Origin: a virus
Lineage: Duplodnaviria > Caudoviricetes
IMG/VR virus record: IMGVR_UViG_3300033073_001493
Span: 4,927-68,926 of that record
DNA length: 64,000 nucleotides
Reading direction: 5' to 3' (one strand)
In this document: piece after piece, positions 16,396 to 26,043 of the stretch
Layout: each line of letters begins with the position of its first letter
How positions within the stretch are numbered: position 1 is the first letter of the stretch
Notes under the pieces: model-generated
Told to the model about the DNA's origin: nothing
Database searches by the model: none
The model's input: the letters and a program-made list of their open reading frames with translations, nothing else
Position numbers and translations under genes: made by a program

Positions 16396-16458
16396 GCCAG
16401 TCGAGCGAGATCGTGTCGCCTGCACGCAACTGGCGCCGCTGGTGGCCGATAGGAGGGC

Positions 16459-16644
16459 ATGACCGACCGAGACGACATGCCCACCCTCGACTGCCCTGCC
16501 CCCACCTGCACCGTGCTCTGGGAGGGCCCAGCGCGCCGCCTGGAGGTCTGGACGACGGGAGCCGAGCGCGTGGCCGTGGTGATCGAGCAGGGCGAGCCGG
16601 CGCTGGTGGCCAGGCTGCCGAGGCGACGGACGCAGGCGAAATAG
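16459..16644 (+). CDS. Small hypothetical protein
   Basis: AGGAGG RBS; 61 aa. Confidence 0.45.
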   Translation: MTDRDDMPTLDCPAPTCTVLWEGPARRLEVWTTGAERVAVVIEQGEPALVARLPRRRTQAK

Positions 16645-16678
16645 GCTGCGAAGCAGGAAAAGTGAGGGGGGCTCACGA

Positions 16679-16713
16679 TTATTCGTTGACGTGGCGAATA
16701 ACGGCGCTAGATT
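16679..16713 (+). promoter_or_regulatory. Putative sigma70 promoter overlapped by a palindromic operator
   Basis: TTGACG (16686) - 16 nt - TAGATT (16708); inverted repeat TTATTCG-N9-CGAATAA at 16679-16701. Confidence 0.55.
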
Positions 16714-16765
16714 GGTTGGTGTGAGGCGCCGGTGACGCGGTGCCCACCGAAAGGCGGATAGGAAG

Positions 16766-17023
16766 ATGATCACGATCACCATCAGCGAGTGCAAAACGAA
16801 CGGGAAGACCTGGACCTCGACCCACCGCACTGAGGATGCGTGGGAGGCAGCCGAGAGGGCGGTCAAAAAGCACTTCGGGAGGTCTGCTCACTTTGAGCGC
16901 GACGCCGGAATCAGCGTCGGCCGCACCCCGGCCGACGGCACCCAGTACGGGCAGGTGGGAGTTCCCGCCCGCGACGGTGGCACCAACCTGATCACCGGGC
17001 GCATCAGCATCCGCGCCGACTGA
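16766..17023 (+). CDS. Small hypothetical protein
   Basis: AGGA RBS; first gene after the predicted promoter. Confidence 0.65.
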   Translation: MITITISECKTNGKTWTSTHRTEDAWEAAERAVKKHFGRSAHFERDAGISVGRTPADGTQYGQVGVPARDGGTNLITGRISIRAD

Positions 17024-17153
17024 TAGCCCAGCAACCCAACGCCCAGCCCGGCCGCCTCGGAAAACCGAGGCCCCGGGCTTGAGGCGTCAGAAGCAAATGC
17101 CCCCGCGCAGGTGACGCTGCCGGGGGCGTGGGCCGCTCGATAGGAGAACGACC

Positions 17154-17435
17154 ATGGCCAGAACTACCACCTACGTGCTCTTCCGCAAAGGCGCGAACGG
17201 CGCCAACCAGTCTCTTTGCGACCGTGCACCGGTCGCCATCGTTGTCGCCGCCTCGAAAGCCGAAGCAGAGCAGTGCGACCACGACGGCTCGACGCGTGCG
17301 GCGAGCCGTCGTGAGGCTGGCGCCACACGTCAGCGTGTGGGCCAACCAGCACATCGAGGCGGTGCCGCTCTCGCGCGCGCGCCACGGTGGGCGGTGCGGG
17401 AGATCCAGGAGAACGAGGCGATCTGTGGGCTTTGA
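17154..17435 (+). pseudogene. Small gene with two apparent compensating frameshifts
   Basis: AGGAG RBS; segment 17314-17379 is coding-like in the shifted frame (21 of 22 codons end in G/C) and not in the annotated frame. Confidence 0.4.
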
Positions 17436-17877
17436 GCTGCGCGACGTGGAGGCGCCGCACGAGCCCGACGACGCCGCCAAGGTGGCGGCACTCGTGGGGG
17501 CATACGGCAATGGCGAGGCTGTCACTCCCGTCGTCGTCATCGACTGGTCGGGCAGCGACTACGATGGCCTGTCGCCGATGGCCATCTCGGGCAGCCACCG
17601 TCTCGCGGCGATGCGTGAGGTCTACAACGACGAAAACGACATCGAGCTGTTCGACGACCAGATCATCGTGGTCGATGGCGACCAGCTCCTGCGCGATCTG
17701 TGCGACGTGGCCGACGGCGACGACGTGCACCAGGCGGCCAACGCTCGGCAGGCGATGGACGAGTTGAACCGGCTCGCACAGCGTCGCAGCGTCGATCTGG
17801 GGACGGTGTGCCACCTGCTCGTCTTGACCGATGTGCTTCAAACGGAGGCGGCGGAGGCGCTCTCAGACCAGTTTTGA
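17425..17877 (+). CDS. ParB/Srx-like domain protein
   Basis: KVAALVGAY...VTPVVV...ISGSHRLAAM resembles the ParB-N GxHR motif; GTG start inferred from the codon pattern. Confidence 0.5.
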   Translation: MGFELRDVEAPHEPDDAAKVAALVGAYGNGEAVTPVVVIDWSGSDYDGLSPMAISGSHRLAAMREVYNDENDIELFDDQIIVVDGDQLLRDLCDVADGDDVHQAANARQAMDELNRLAQRRSVDLGTVCHLLVLTDVLQTEAAEALSDQF

Positions 17878-17950
17878 GTCGCGCGGCTCTCAGCGCCGCA
17901 AGCCCCGACCCTCGGCCCGAGGGCGGGGCTTGGGGCGTTGGAGGACCACG

Positions 17951-18523
17951 ATGGCACGCCCCACGTCAGCGCCACGCATCGCCACGCTCAGCCCCGCAGT
18001 CGTCGCCGCCGAGGTGGACAAGAGGCTGCTCGAGCATCTCGGGCAGCTCGCCTTCGTCGGCGGATTCGGCATCACCGTGCGCGTCGACGTGCGCGGGCCA
18101 AGCGACCTCGCCTGCACGGCGCAGGCCCTCTGCGCTTACGCGCAAGGGGGTCTCCCAGTATGGGACTGGGAGACCGACGAAGAGGCGGCCGACGCATGCC
18201 AGTCTCTCGTGTCGCGCTTCTGGTCGCCGCCCGCAGAGGCGGGCTCGGGGACGTTCGGCCTCGGTCCGTTGGGCGACGGTTACGAAGAGGCCGACATGGG
18301 CGACCCGATCGAGCTCGTGCTCGTCGCCGCGTGGGCTCGGGTCGAGCTCTCGCGCGACGAGCCCGTCACGGCGCGGCAGCTCGCCGCGCTGGCGGGGCTC
18401 GACCCTCAGGCGGTGCGTCTGATGGCGCGCGAGGGCGAGATCAAGCTGCACGGCAAGCCCGCCGTTGCGGCGCCCAGCGAGGCGAGGCGCTGGCTCAAGG
18501 CTCGAGGGGTCAAGGGGCTGTGA
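17951..18523 (+). CDS. Protein with C-terminal HTH
   Basis: GGAGG RBS; VTARQLAALAGLDPQAVRLMAREG. Confidence 0.65.
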   Translation: MARPTSAPRIATLSPAVVAAEVDKRLLEHLGQLAFVGGFGITVRVDVRGPSDLACTAQALCAYAQGGLPVWDWETDEEAADACQSLVSRFWSPPAEAGSGTFGLGPLGDGYEEADMGDPIELVLVAAWARVELSRDEPVTARQLAALAGLDPQAVRLMAREGEIKLHGKPAVAAPSEARRWLKARGVKGL

Positions 18524-19551
18524 GCACGACGCCGGCACAGGGGTGGCGCCCGCTCTCCGAGCTGGTGCGCGACCTGCGCAAGATCGCCGCGATGGCGCCG
18601 CTCGAGCTGGTGGGCGAGCTGTCGCAGCGACCGGCGATGGTCGAGGCGATGATGCCGCCCGCTGGCCACCAGCGTGACCAGCGCACGGCCGCGCTGGTGC
18701 TCGCACTCAGGCACCAGGGCTTGCTCGGCGAGCCGCAGACGGCGCAGCAGTGGGCCGTGCACGACCGCGCGCTGTCGGCGGTGCTCTCGCAGCCCGCGCT
18801 CGTCGACGTGGCCGAGCTGGCGCTTGCGACGGGGCAGCACCTCGTCGTGCACGCGATGCGCCCCGCAGCTACCCGCGTGGTGCACGAGACCGATCTGCAC
18901 ACGCTGCCGGGCGAGTGCCCGAAGCTGCTGCGCCGCGCCTTCGTGGTGGAGGCCGACTGGCAGGCAGGCCGCGTGCTCTGGGGCACGACGGCGTGCGTGG
19001 GCGGATTCCTGCGACCCGACGGAGTGATCGTGCTCGTCGGGCTGCTGGTGCCTGACGGCGTGGCCGTCGCCTACTGGCGGCCCGACTGGGGCGGCACACT
19101 GGGCCAAGTCGAGGGGCAGGAAGACCCCGACCTGTCGAAGCTGCTGGTCGGCACTGACCGCAAGGTGCTGGAGGCGTGGGCGACGCAGGCCGTGCGGTTT
19201 CTGACCGTGCTCTCGCTGCTGCTGGAGGCTGCTGGCACGCCGCTCGAGACCCGCGACGAGAGCGGGCAGGGCAAGCGCCCGTCGTCTGGCAAGGGAGCGG
19301 CGAAGGGCCAGGGGTGGACGCTGCGCTACGTGTCGCTGTCGAAGACGAGCACGCCGGTGGCCACGGGCGGCGGTGGAGGCTCGGGCGCACCCGCTGACAC
19401 GACGCGGTTGCAGGCAGAGACGGTCACGGTGCGAGGCCATCTCAAGCGCCAGCCCTACGGGCCTGGCGGCACGATGCGCCGCACCGTCTACGTCGCCGGC
19501 TACAGCGCGCGGCGGTGGGTGGCGCCCGAGACGACGGTGAGGGTGACGTGA
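18520..19551 (+). CDS. Hypothetical phage protein with C-terminal VRGH..RQPYGPG motif
   Basis: GTGA overlap; VRGHLKRQPYGPGGTMRRTVYVAGY. Confidence 0.65.
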   Translation: MSTTPAQGWRPLSELVRDLRKIAAMAPLELVGELSQRPAMVEAMMPPAGHQRDQRTAALVLALRHQGLLGEPQTAQQWAVHDRALSAVLSQPALVDVAELALATGQHLVVHAMRPAATRVVHETDLHTLPGECPKLLRRAFVVEADWQAGRVLWGTTACVGGFLRPDGVIVLVGLLVPDGVAVAYWRPDWGGTLGQVEGQEDPDLSKLLVGTDRKVLEAWATQAVRFLTVLSLLLEAAGTPLETRDESGQGKRPSSGKGAAKGQGWTLRYVSLSKTSTPVATGGGGGSGAPADTTRLQAETVTVRGHLKRQPYGPGGTMRRTVYVAGYSARRWVAPETTVRVT

Positions 19552-19907
19552 TGGTCGATGTGGATATCCACCAAGCTGCGCCGACAGTCAGGTCAGCACT
19601 GCTGGCTGTGCAGTGCGAGAGGTTGGTAGTTTCTGCTGGGAAACTGCCCGACTTTCTGTGCAGAACGCACACCAACCCGATGGGCGACTGCTTGTCGCTC
19701 ATCATCCCGCTTGAACTGCGCTGGCCATGGCCGCGGCACAGCGACATTCGCCGCAGCTATGAGCTGCACACATGCCTCGAATGGAGGGCCAGAGCCGATG
19801 TGTGGGCTCGTGAGCTCAGCCTCGCGCGCGAGGCGCTCCTGTGGGGAGAGCCTTGCGCTAGCGTGACAGCCATCGACATTGCGCTGCTTGCGCTGGGCGC
19901 GTGGTAG
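19551..19907 (+). CDS. Hypothetical protein
   Basis: Coupled to the upstream stop; last gene of the + strand block. Confidence 0.5.
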   Translation: MVDVDIHQAAPTVRSALLAVQCERLVVSAGKLPDFLCRTHTNPMGDCLSLIIPLELRWPWPRHSDIRRSYELHTCLEWRARADVWARELSLAREALLWGEPCASVTAIDIALLALGAW

Positions 19908-20124
19908 CCCCGTGTGTCACCTAGGCCGCGCCACCAGCCCGGCGAACGTCGCGCCGGGTGCTCTCACCGTCTCGCCAGCGAGCGACCGTCTTGCCTGCTC
20001 GCACGCGCGCTGCGCTGGCGCGCTGCGGCTCGCGGACTGCGCGGCGCGCACCGCCCGGCGCATGATGCGGGAGCGACGGATGGCGCGGCAGGCAGCGAGC
20101 ACGTCGGGGCGGACGATATGTGCG

Positions 20125-20619
20125 CTACGCATCAAGCACCACGTCGATGCATTCCCACGGGTTCTGTTCGTCAGCTCGGTGGAGCGTGGTAGATGCCAAC
20201 CGCCACGGGCGCCCGCACCTGAACGGGTTGGGAAAGAGCGCGTCGCCAGCGAAGGCGCCGAGCACGATCGTCAGGTAGATGCGGTCTGCAACGGCGAGCG
20301 CCTGTTCGTATACCTGCGCACCGCCGATGACCATAGCCTCACCCGCGCCAGTCTCGGCGGCCATCGCACAAGCCTCTTCGAGCGATGATGCTACGTCGCA
20401 GCCTGGCAGCGAGCACAGGCCAGAGCGCGACAGGACGATCGTCTTGCGACCAGGGAGGCTGCTGCCGATGCCTTCGATCGTCTGACGCCCCACGATGACG
20501 GGCTTGCCCATCGTCACCTGCTTGAAGCGCTGGAGGTCACCAGGCAGGTGCCATGGGAGCTTGCCACCATTGCCGATGACCCAGCACAGATCGGTTGCCG
20601 CGATGATGGATAGAATCAT
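20125..20619 (-). CDS. folA: Dihydrofolate reductase
   Basis: MILSIIAA...VIGNGGKLPWHLPGDLQRFK..TMGKPVIVGRQT...LPGRKTIVLSR...VIGGAQVY..AL..ADRIYLT...GDALFP. Confidence 0.93.
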   Translation of the reverse strand: MILSIIAATDLCWVIGNGGKLPWHLPGDLQRFKQVTMGKPVIVGRQTIEGIGSSLPGRKTIVLSRSGLCSLPGCDVASSLEEACAMAAETGAGEAMVIGGAQVYEQALAVADRIYLTIVLGAFAGDALFPNPFRCGRPWRLASTTLHRADEQNPWECIDVVLDA

Positions 20620-20715
20620 GGCCGGTGTGTGGTGAACCCTGAGGCGTGTAGCACAAAACACGAAGGGCCCGGCGCCTCTCGGCAACCGGGCCATCGCGTC
20701 AGCAGCGCTCCGCTG

Positions 20716-21699
20716 TCAGTTGGGCGAGCCCGCCGCTTTGCGACGCGGGGCCAGGTCGTGCTGGTCGAAGAGCGACGGCTGCTCGAAGGTCTCGCCAGTG
20801 AGCGCGTGGGGAGCTGCGGTCAGCATGTCGCACGCATGGCGAAAGGCGTTCACGGCGTCGGGCAGCTTGGCGCGCGGCAAGTTCTCGAAGCGCTGGTTGC
20901 CCATGCCGAGCCGGCGCCGCACGTCTGCGTCGATCTGCACGACGAACCTGCGGGCGAGCGTGCGCTGCGTGGGGACGCTGCCGGGGGCGATGCGACGGGC
21001 GAGCGCCTTGGCCTGAGCGAGCCGGTCGTTGAAGAGGTGGCGGCGCGCATCGACGCGGCCGATGAAGTGCTCGCGTGCGTCGTTGGCCGCGGCGGTCGAC
21101 TGCGCCGCTTCGAGCCGCACCACGCGCGCGGTCAGGTCGGTGACGTTGGCAGCCATCGTGCCCATCCCGACGACGAGCTTCTCGACCGTCGCGGTGAGCC
21201 GCACGATGGCCTGTGTCACATCGGCGTTGTCGTTGGCCGACATGCGCAGCAGCCCACGACGCACCAGCCGCACGACAGCGATCATGTCTTGCAGCAGCGC
21301 CTTGGCTCTGGGCGTCTCGCTCTTGGCGAGGATGAAGAGTGCCTCGGCCTCGGTGAGCCAGTACTCGGCGATGGTCTCCTCGCGCTCGCCGCCACGAGGC
21401 ATCGATGTGCGGGACACCGTGTCCCGCACATGAATGCACGGCAAATCTCCCGCCTTTTCGTAGCGCTTGATGAGCTTGCGGATGGCCCGAGGCTCCTTGA
21501 ATCCCAGCTTCTCGGCCAGGTCGAGGTCACGGATGCGCGGCTCGTTGTCGGAGCACGGCACGTCGAAGGTGAAGGCGTCGCCGACGCGGGCGATGCGGTG
21601 TGCGGCGGCCCCCTCGCCGACGATGGGCGAGAAGGTGATGTCGACCTCGGAGAAGTTGGCCTGATCCGGGCCTGTTTTGCTAGAAACGTCGCTGTCCAT
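20716..21699 (-). CDS. Phage antirepressor-like DNA-binding protein
   Basis: PRIRDLDLAEKLGFKEPRAIRKLIKR...EYWLTEAEALFILAKSETPRA followed by a coiled coil. Confidence 0.65.
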   Translation of the reverse strand: MDSDVSSKTGPDQANFSEVDITFSPIVGEGAAAHRIARVGDAFTFDVPCSDNEPRIRDLDLAEKLGFKEPRAIRKLIKRYEKAGDLPCIHVRDTVSRTSMPRGGEREETIAEYWLTEAEALFILAKSETPRAKALLQDMIAVVRLVRRGLLRMSANDNADVTQAIVRLTATVEKLVVGMGTMAANVTDLTARVVRLEAAQSTAAANDAREHFIGRVDARRHLFNDRLAQAKALARRIAPGSVPTQRTLARRFVVQIDADVRRRLGMGNQRFENLPRAKLPDAVNAFRHACDMLTAAPHALTGETFEQPSLFDQHDLAPRRKAAGSPN

Positions 21700-22164
21700 G
21701 ATGCCTTTCCCCCACGCCGAGTGACGTTCCGAGCCAGCGGTTGGCGGCGGTTTGGTTGGTGCCTAGACGCCGCTCGCCATTGGCTCGTTCGTTCGTGCTC
21801 GGTGTGGGCCGTTTCACACGAACACAGCTTGTTCGTGCACAACAACTTTCCGGCAGGCTGGAAGGAAAAAAGGCTGCGCTGTGGCCCCAGCGCGTCACTC
21901 CGAAGCCATCGCCACAAAGAGCGAAAGCCCCGGCAGCCGTAGCTGTCGGGGCTCATGGTCACGAGGTCGGGGGGAGGCGGTGGGTGGCTACATGGCTTGC
22001 TCGTGCTCGGCTAGCTGCGATCCAGAGTGCCACTCTGGCCCGTCGGGATGTCTACCTACGGGTGCCACGGCCGGCTGCGTGGCTGGCGTCAGATGGGCGT
22101 CGGTCTACAGCGCCACGACGCTTAGTGTATGCGCGCACAGGCCACGGGCAACTAGACGAGCGTG

Positions 22165-22776
22165 TCAGCAGAAGCGCCCGGCGAGGGCGCGCAGCTCGTC
22201 GATGCTGCCGCGGTACACGTTCAGATCGCACAGCCCCTCGACCCCTGGGCAGCGGCCCGTGCCGCTCGTCTGCCAGATGGTCCAGTCCTCCCAGCCACGC
22301 GGCATCATGGGCGAGTCGACGCCATAGCTCGCCACCCACAGCGGCCAGCGCGCGGTGCTGACGTGGCGTGGCATCCACGTATCCCACCAGCTTGCGCAGG
22401 TATAGACGATGGCCGTGCCGCACAGGCGCTCGATCTCTTCGAGGCAGGTGACGACGTGTCGCCACACGAGCTCGCGCGGCTCGCCGCCGTCCGACGACTG
22501 CTCGAGGTCGAGCACCGGCGGCAGCATGCCGGGCATGTGCTGCTGCGACGCGATGAGCCGCGCCTGCTCGAGCGGGTCACGCGAGGCGCGAAAGAAGAGG
22601 TAGGTGCCGACGAGCAGGCCCGCGTCAGCGGCACCTTGCATGTGCTCACCGAGCCTGCCGTCGAGATGCGCCGTGCCGTCGGCGACGCGCACGTAGGCGA
22701 AGCTCTTGCCCGCAGCAGAGACCGCGCGCCAGTCGACCTTGCGCTGCCAGGTCGACACGTCGATGCCGTAGATCAA
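22165..22776 (-). CDS. GH25 muramidase (endolysin)
   Basis: YGIDVSTWQRKVDW, FAYVRVADG, GTYLFF, LPPVLDLE, LWVASY, WTIWQ, CDLN; TTG start inferred. Confidence 0.9.
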   Translation of the reverse strand: MIYGIDVSTWQRKVDWRAVSAAGKSFAYVRVADGTAHLDGRLGEHMQGAADAGLLVGTYLFFRASRDPLEQARLIASQQHMPGMLPPVLDLEQSSDGGEPRELVWRHVVTCLEEIERLCGTAIVYTCASWWDTWMPRHVSTARWPLWVASYGVDSPMMPRGWEDWTIWQTSGTGRCPGVEGLCDLNVYRGSIDELRALAGRFC

Positions 22777-23525
22777 GCCCACTTCTCCGAAAGGTAGGTG
22801 TCGAGGTCCGCAAGCTCGCCATTCGTGATGGCGCGGCTGATGAGCAGCACCTCGGTCATGGTTGCCTGCGCGCGGTACGTGCCAGCGTTGTCGGCGTGGA
22901 CGTGCAGCGTGCACGACTTGGTGCCGGTGCCGGGGTCGAGAGTGATCGAGCCCTGCGACACGCCATCGCGGTAGAACTGCGCATAGGGCGAGGCGGCCCG
23001 CACGATGGTGGCATAGCGGGCGTAGGTGCCCAGGGAGGCCCAGGCGCCGGCCAGGTCGAATGTGCGCGACGTGCCCCGGTGCACACGCAGCGTGTAGCCC
23101 GTGGGCCTGTAGGAATAGTCGTCGTTGGCCCCCGCCTCGAGATGCCAGAGGTAGCCGTTCGCAAAGTCGAACTTGGTGCGCATCACCAGCGAATACTCGC
23201 CTAGCGTCACCGCGCTCGATGCGTATAGCCAATCGTTCGAGCCGTCGAACGATGCGCCGAAGAGCGTGCCGTGGGCGACGAGCGTGGGCCTGTTTCCACT
23301 CGTTGCCTGGATGAGATGGCGCCCATTGCCCGAGCGGTCGACGATGCGCCCCACAGGCTGGCCGGCAGCCGTCACAGGCGTGGTGCCGGCGCTGTCCTGA
23401 TAGAGCCGCGAAAGGTCGGCGGTATCGGCCCAGAGCGCGAGCGATGCTCCGAACACGTCAGCGGGCGAGTAGCCGCTCCTCGCCTGCGTTCCGAGCCCCA
23501 CGCCAATGCCCATCCCGATGTGCAT
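22773..23525 (-). CDS. ConA/LamG-like fibre protein with N-terminal GxGxG peptide
   Basis: MHIGMGIGVGLG; LWADTAD...YQDSAGTTPV...DRSGNGRH...RPT; FDGSND; YLSEKW. Confidence 0.7.
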   Translation of the reverse strand: MHIGMGIGVGLGTQARSGYSPADVFGASLALWADTADLSRLYQDSAGTTPVTAAGQPVGRIVDRSGNGRHLIQATSGNRPTLVAHGTLFGASFDGSNDWLYASSAVTLGEYSLVMRTKFDFANGYLWHLEAGANDDYSYRPTGYTLRVHRGTSRTFDLAGAWASLGTYARYATIVRAASPYAQFYRDGVSQGSITLDPGTGTKSCTLHVHADNAGTYRAQATMTEVLLISRAITNGELADLDTYLSEKWA

Positions 23526-24139
23526 CACCTGCTCCTCAGCCTCGCCGGGTCGAGCCAGAAGAGCACGCGCCTCCCCTGCCCCGTCGCCCCACGGTCACGC
23601 ACGACCCACGCGCCAGTCGCCACGTCGCGCAGCTCGCGGGCACGCTCTCGCACAGCCGTCGAGCCGTGGTCGTCGACCTGCCCGCCCTCGCTCGTGACGA
23701 GAGGCACGTAGCCCCCCGTGGCGAGCCCCACGCTGGTGACCACGATGGCGTGCGGGTTGTGCTCGTCGACCACGATGACGGCGCCGGGCACGACCTCGCC
23801 CGCCTCGCTCGGCAGTCTCGTCGCGCCGTGCGCATCGCCGAGCGCGCGCAGCACTGCGATGGCGCCGCCCGAGATTGACAGCGGAGCGTAGGGCCCGGCC
23901 ACCACGTCTCGCTCGGTGCCCCGCCACACGATGCGCCCGTCGACCCCGCCCTCGCGGTAGCAGGCGAGCGCGTGGACGCCGCACGTCGAATGCCCCGCGC
24001 GGCCAGGCACAAGCCCAGCCCACGCGCGCGCCTCGCTTGCCACGTCGAGCGGGTAGAGGTGCGCTTGCCAGCGGTCGAGGTCGCGCGTCGTGAGCGGCGT
24101 CGACTGGATGGCGGCGGCAACGATCGTGTCAGCGAGCAT
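23525..24139 (-). CDS. Putative CHAP/NlpC-P60-like hydrolase
   Basis: STCG (Cys), NPHAIVV (His), TSEGGQ (Glu) in papain-like order; located in the lysis region. Confidence 0.4.
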   Translation of the reverse strand: MLADTIVAAAIQSTPLTTRDLDRWQAHLYPLDVASEARAWAGLVPGRAGHSTCGVHALACYREGGVDGRIVWRGTERDVVAGPYAPLSISGGAIAVLRALGDAHGATRLPSEAGEVVPGAVIVVDEHNPHAIVVTSVGLATGGYVPLVTSEGGQVDDHGSTAVRERARELRDVATGAWVVRDRGATGQGRRVLFWLDPARLRSR

Positions 24140-24342
24140 GACCATCCTCGATCGGACCTGTGGGCCCGGTGTTCGCAATGCGGATGCGCGCCGCGTAGAC
24201 GCAATCGTGGGGGCCCGCGTGGCCCTTCGGAAGCGTGCACGAGAGCGCGCTCTCGCCAATGCGAAGCAGCCTGCCAGTCGTGTCGTAGATGTGGCCGCAC
24301 GAAGCGGTGACGGTGGTGTTCATCCTGATACCTCTCGGCCGG

Positions 24343-24672
24343 TCACGGCGCCTCCGGTGGCAGCGTGTCGGCATCGCCCAGCGGGTCGGTGGGTCGGTCG
24401 TTCAGCCGTGCCAGCAGCTCGGCGAGCTGCTCGTCGACCGTGGCCATGCCCTCTGGCAGCGGGGCGTGGTGCACGTCGGGCAGCGGCTCGCCCGCCTCGT
24501 GCTTGCAGAGCAGCTCGCCGAGCGCCCGGAGCACGGGCAGTGCAGCGGCGCCGACGAACGTGGCGAGCGGCGCAGGCAGGCCAGCGGCCGTCAGCGCGCC
24601 CGTGACGAGAGCCCGCGCGGTCGCCTCGTCGGCTGCGCTGGCGAACGCCTTGAGAGCTTCGCCCAGGCTCAC
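24343..24672 (-). CDS. Hypothetical protein
   Basis: 109-aa ORF with GTGA overlap. Confidence 0.5.
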   Translation of the reverse strand: MSLGEALKAFASAADEATARALVTGALTAAGLPAPLATFVGAAALPVLRALGELLCKHEAGEPLPDVHHAPLPEGMATVDEQLAELLARLNDRPTDPLGDADTLPPEAP

Positions 24673-24946
24673 GACTCACGCTCCAAGCTGCGCCCCACGC
24701 GCCTGCCCATCGGCCTCGCCTCGGCAGGCGGGTGCAGGATGAGTCGCGCCATCTCGCGCAGCGTGTCGGCCTCGGCACACCTCGCGTGCAGGTCCAGCAC
24801 CGCCGCGCGGTCGCGCAGCGCCTTGGCCGACACCTCACGCTCGGCACGCCTGGCGTCGACACGCTCGTGCACCAGCGCCATGTCGATGCGCCGCACCGCC
24901 TCTGCCGATGGCATCAGGCGGATGTCGTCGTAGAGCTCTCGTGCGT

Positions 24947-25300
24947 TCACGACGAGCTGCCGGAATGACAGGTGATGAGCGGCTGCCACTCCCATGGGCT
25001 GCGCCATGGCGTCGGAGAGATCCGCGACGGGTAGATGGTCGGGTGGATGGGCTGCTGCGGAACGAACTCCCAGGGATCTTGCAGCGGCTGCTGCGGAAGG
25101 CGCTGGGCAATCTCTCGCACTTCGCGCTTGAGCCTCTCGGCGGCCGACTCTTGCTGCGGCTCTGCCTTGCCGAGCCACGCCTCGATGCGCGCCCGCTGCT
25201 CACCCGACAGGCCGCCCACGATGGCGTCGCGCTCGCGCTCTAGCTGCCGGCGCTTCTCCTCGATGACTTCCAACTTGGCGATGATCTCGCTGTCTTTCAT
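24947..25300 (-). CDS. Hypothetical coiled-coil protein
   Basis: ATGA overlap; N-terminal coiled coil. Confidence 0.55.
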   Translation of the reverse strand: MKDSEIIAKLEVIEEKRRQLERERDAIVGGLSGEQRARIEAWLGKAEPQQESAAERLKREVREIAQRLPQQPLQDPWEFVPQQPIHPTIYPSRISPTPWRSPWEWQPLITCHSGSSS

Positions 25301-25611
25301 GGCTCTTCGCTCTCGAATCCTGCAAAGCCCGTGATGCGCACAGCGGGCAGGTCGCTGACGCCAATGCCGTCGTCGATGAGGTTGGCGACCGAGGCGAGCA
25401 CGCGAGCGTGGGCAACGGCCACGCGTAGGTCGACGGGCGGCGCCTCGTGCAACATCAGGTCAACGTCGTTGTCCGTCATCGCAGCACCATTCGCATAGCG
25501 CTCGCAGCCAAGACCACTAGCGCTCGCGCATGTGGGCGGCGAAGGCGAGCACGCTCACCACGAACGCCACCACGCACACGAGCAGCACCAGCGTCGCGTC
25601 ATCGCTTGGCA

Positions 25612-26043
25612 TCACGGCGCCACCCTCGGTACGCCGCCAAGGCGAGCAAGCTCGGTGCGAAGCTCTGCAAGCAGGCGCTCGGCCGTCTCGAGCTGCTCGC
25701 CGAGGCAGGCGTCGTCACGGCAGCCGCGCGCGGTCTCGAGCGCCTCGGCCGCGAGCCGCTGCGCCAGCACCGCTCGGGTCAGCGCATCGCGCTCGTCGCG
25801 CGTCTCGCGGTCGACCGTGTTTCTGGCGTCGATGTAGCACTTCGGCTGCTCGGGAGGCGAAGCCGACATGCACGCGCGCCGTCGCTCTTGCCAGAGCTGC
25901 ACCGTCATGCGGTCGTGGTCCTTCACCAGCGCGGTCAGCGTGTCGGCGAGCGCGTTGTTGGCAAGCGTCGCGACGCGCACCGCGCCATCGCGGCTTATGC
26001 TCGCGCAGCCGACCAGCGCCAGCATGACGAGCGCCCACCTCAC
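25612..26043 (-). CDS. Lipoprotein, possible spanin component
   Basis: Signal peptide with lipobox MRWALVMLALVG-C; helical body; lysis region. Confidence 0.6.
   Translation of the reverse strand: MRWALVMLALVGCASISRDGAVRVATLANNALADTLTALVKDHDRMTVQLWQERRRACMSASPPEQPKCYIDARNTVDRETRDERDALTRAVLAQRLAAEALETARGCRDDACLGEQLETAERLLAELRTELARLGGVPRVAP

Noticed and set aside
21745-21772. GGY-rich run as a short-period guide array
   Set aside because: Spacing of GGT/GGC is irregular (3-5 nt) and the run is under 30 nt
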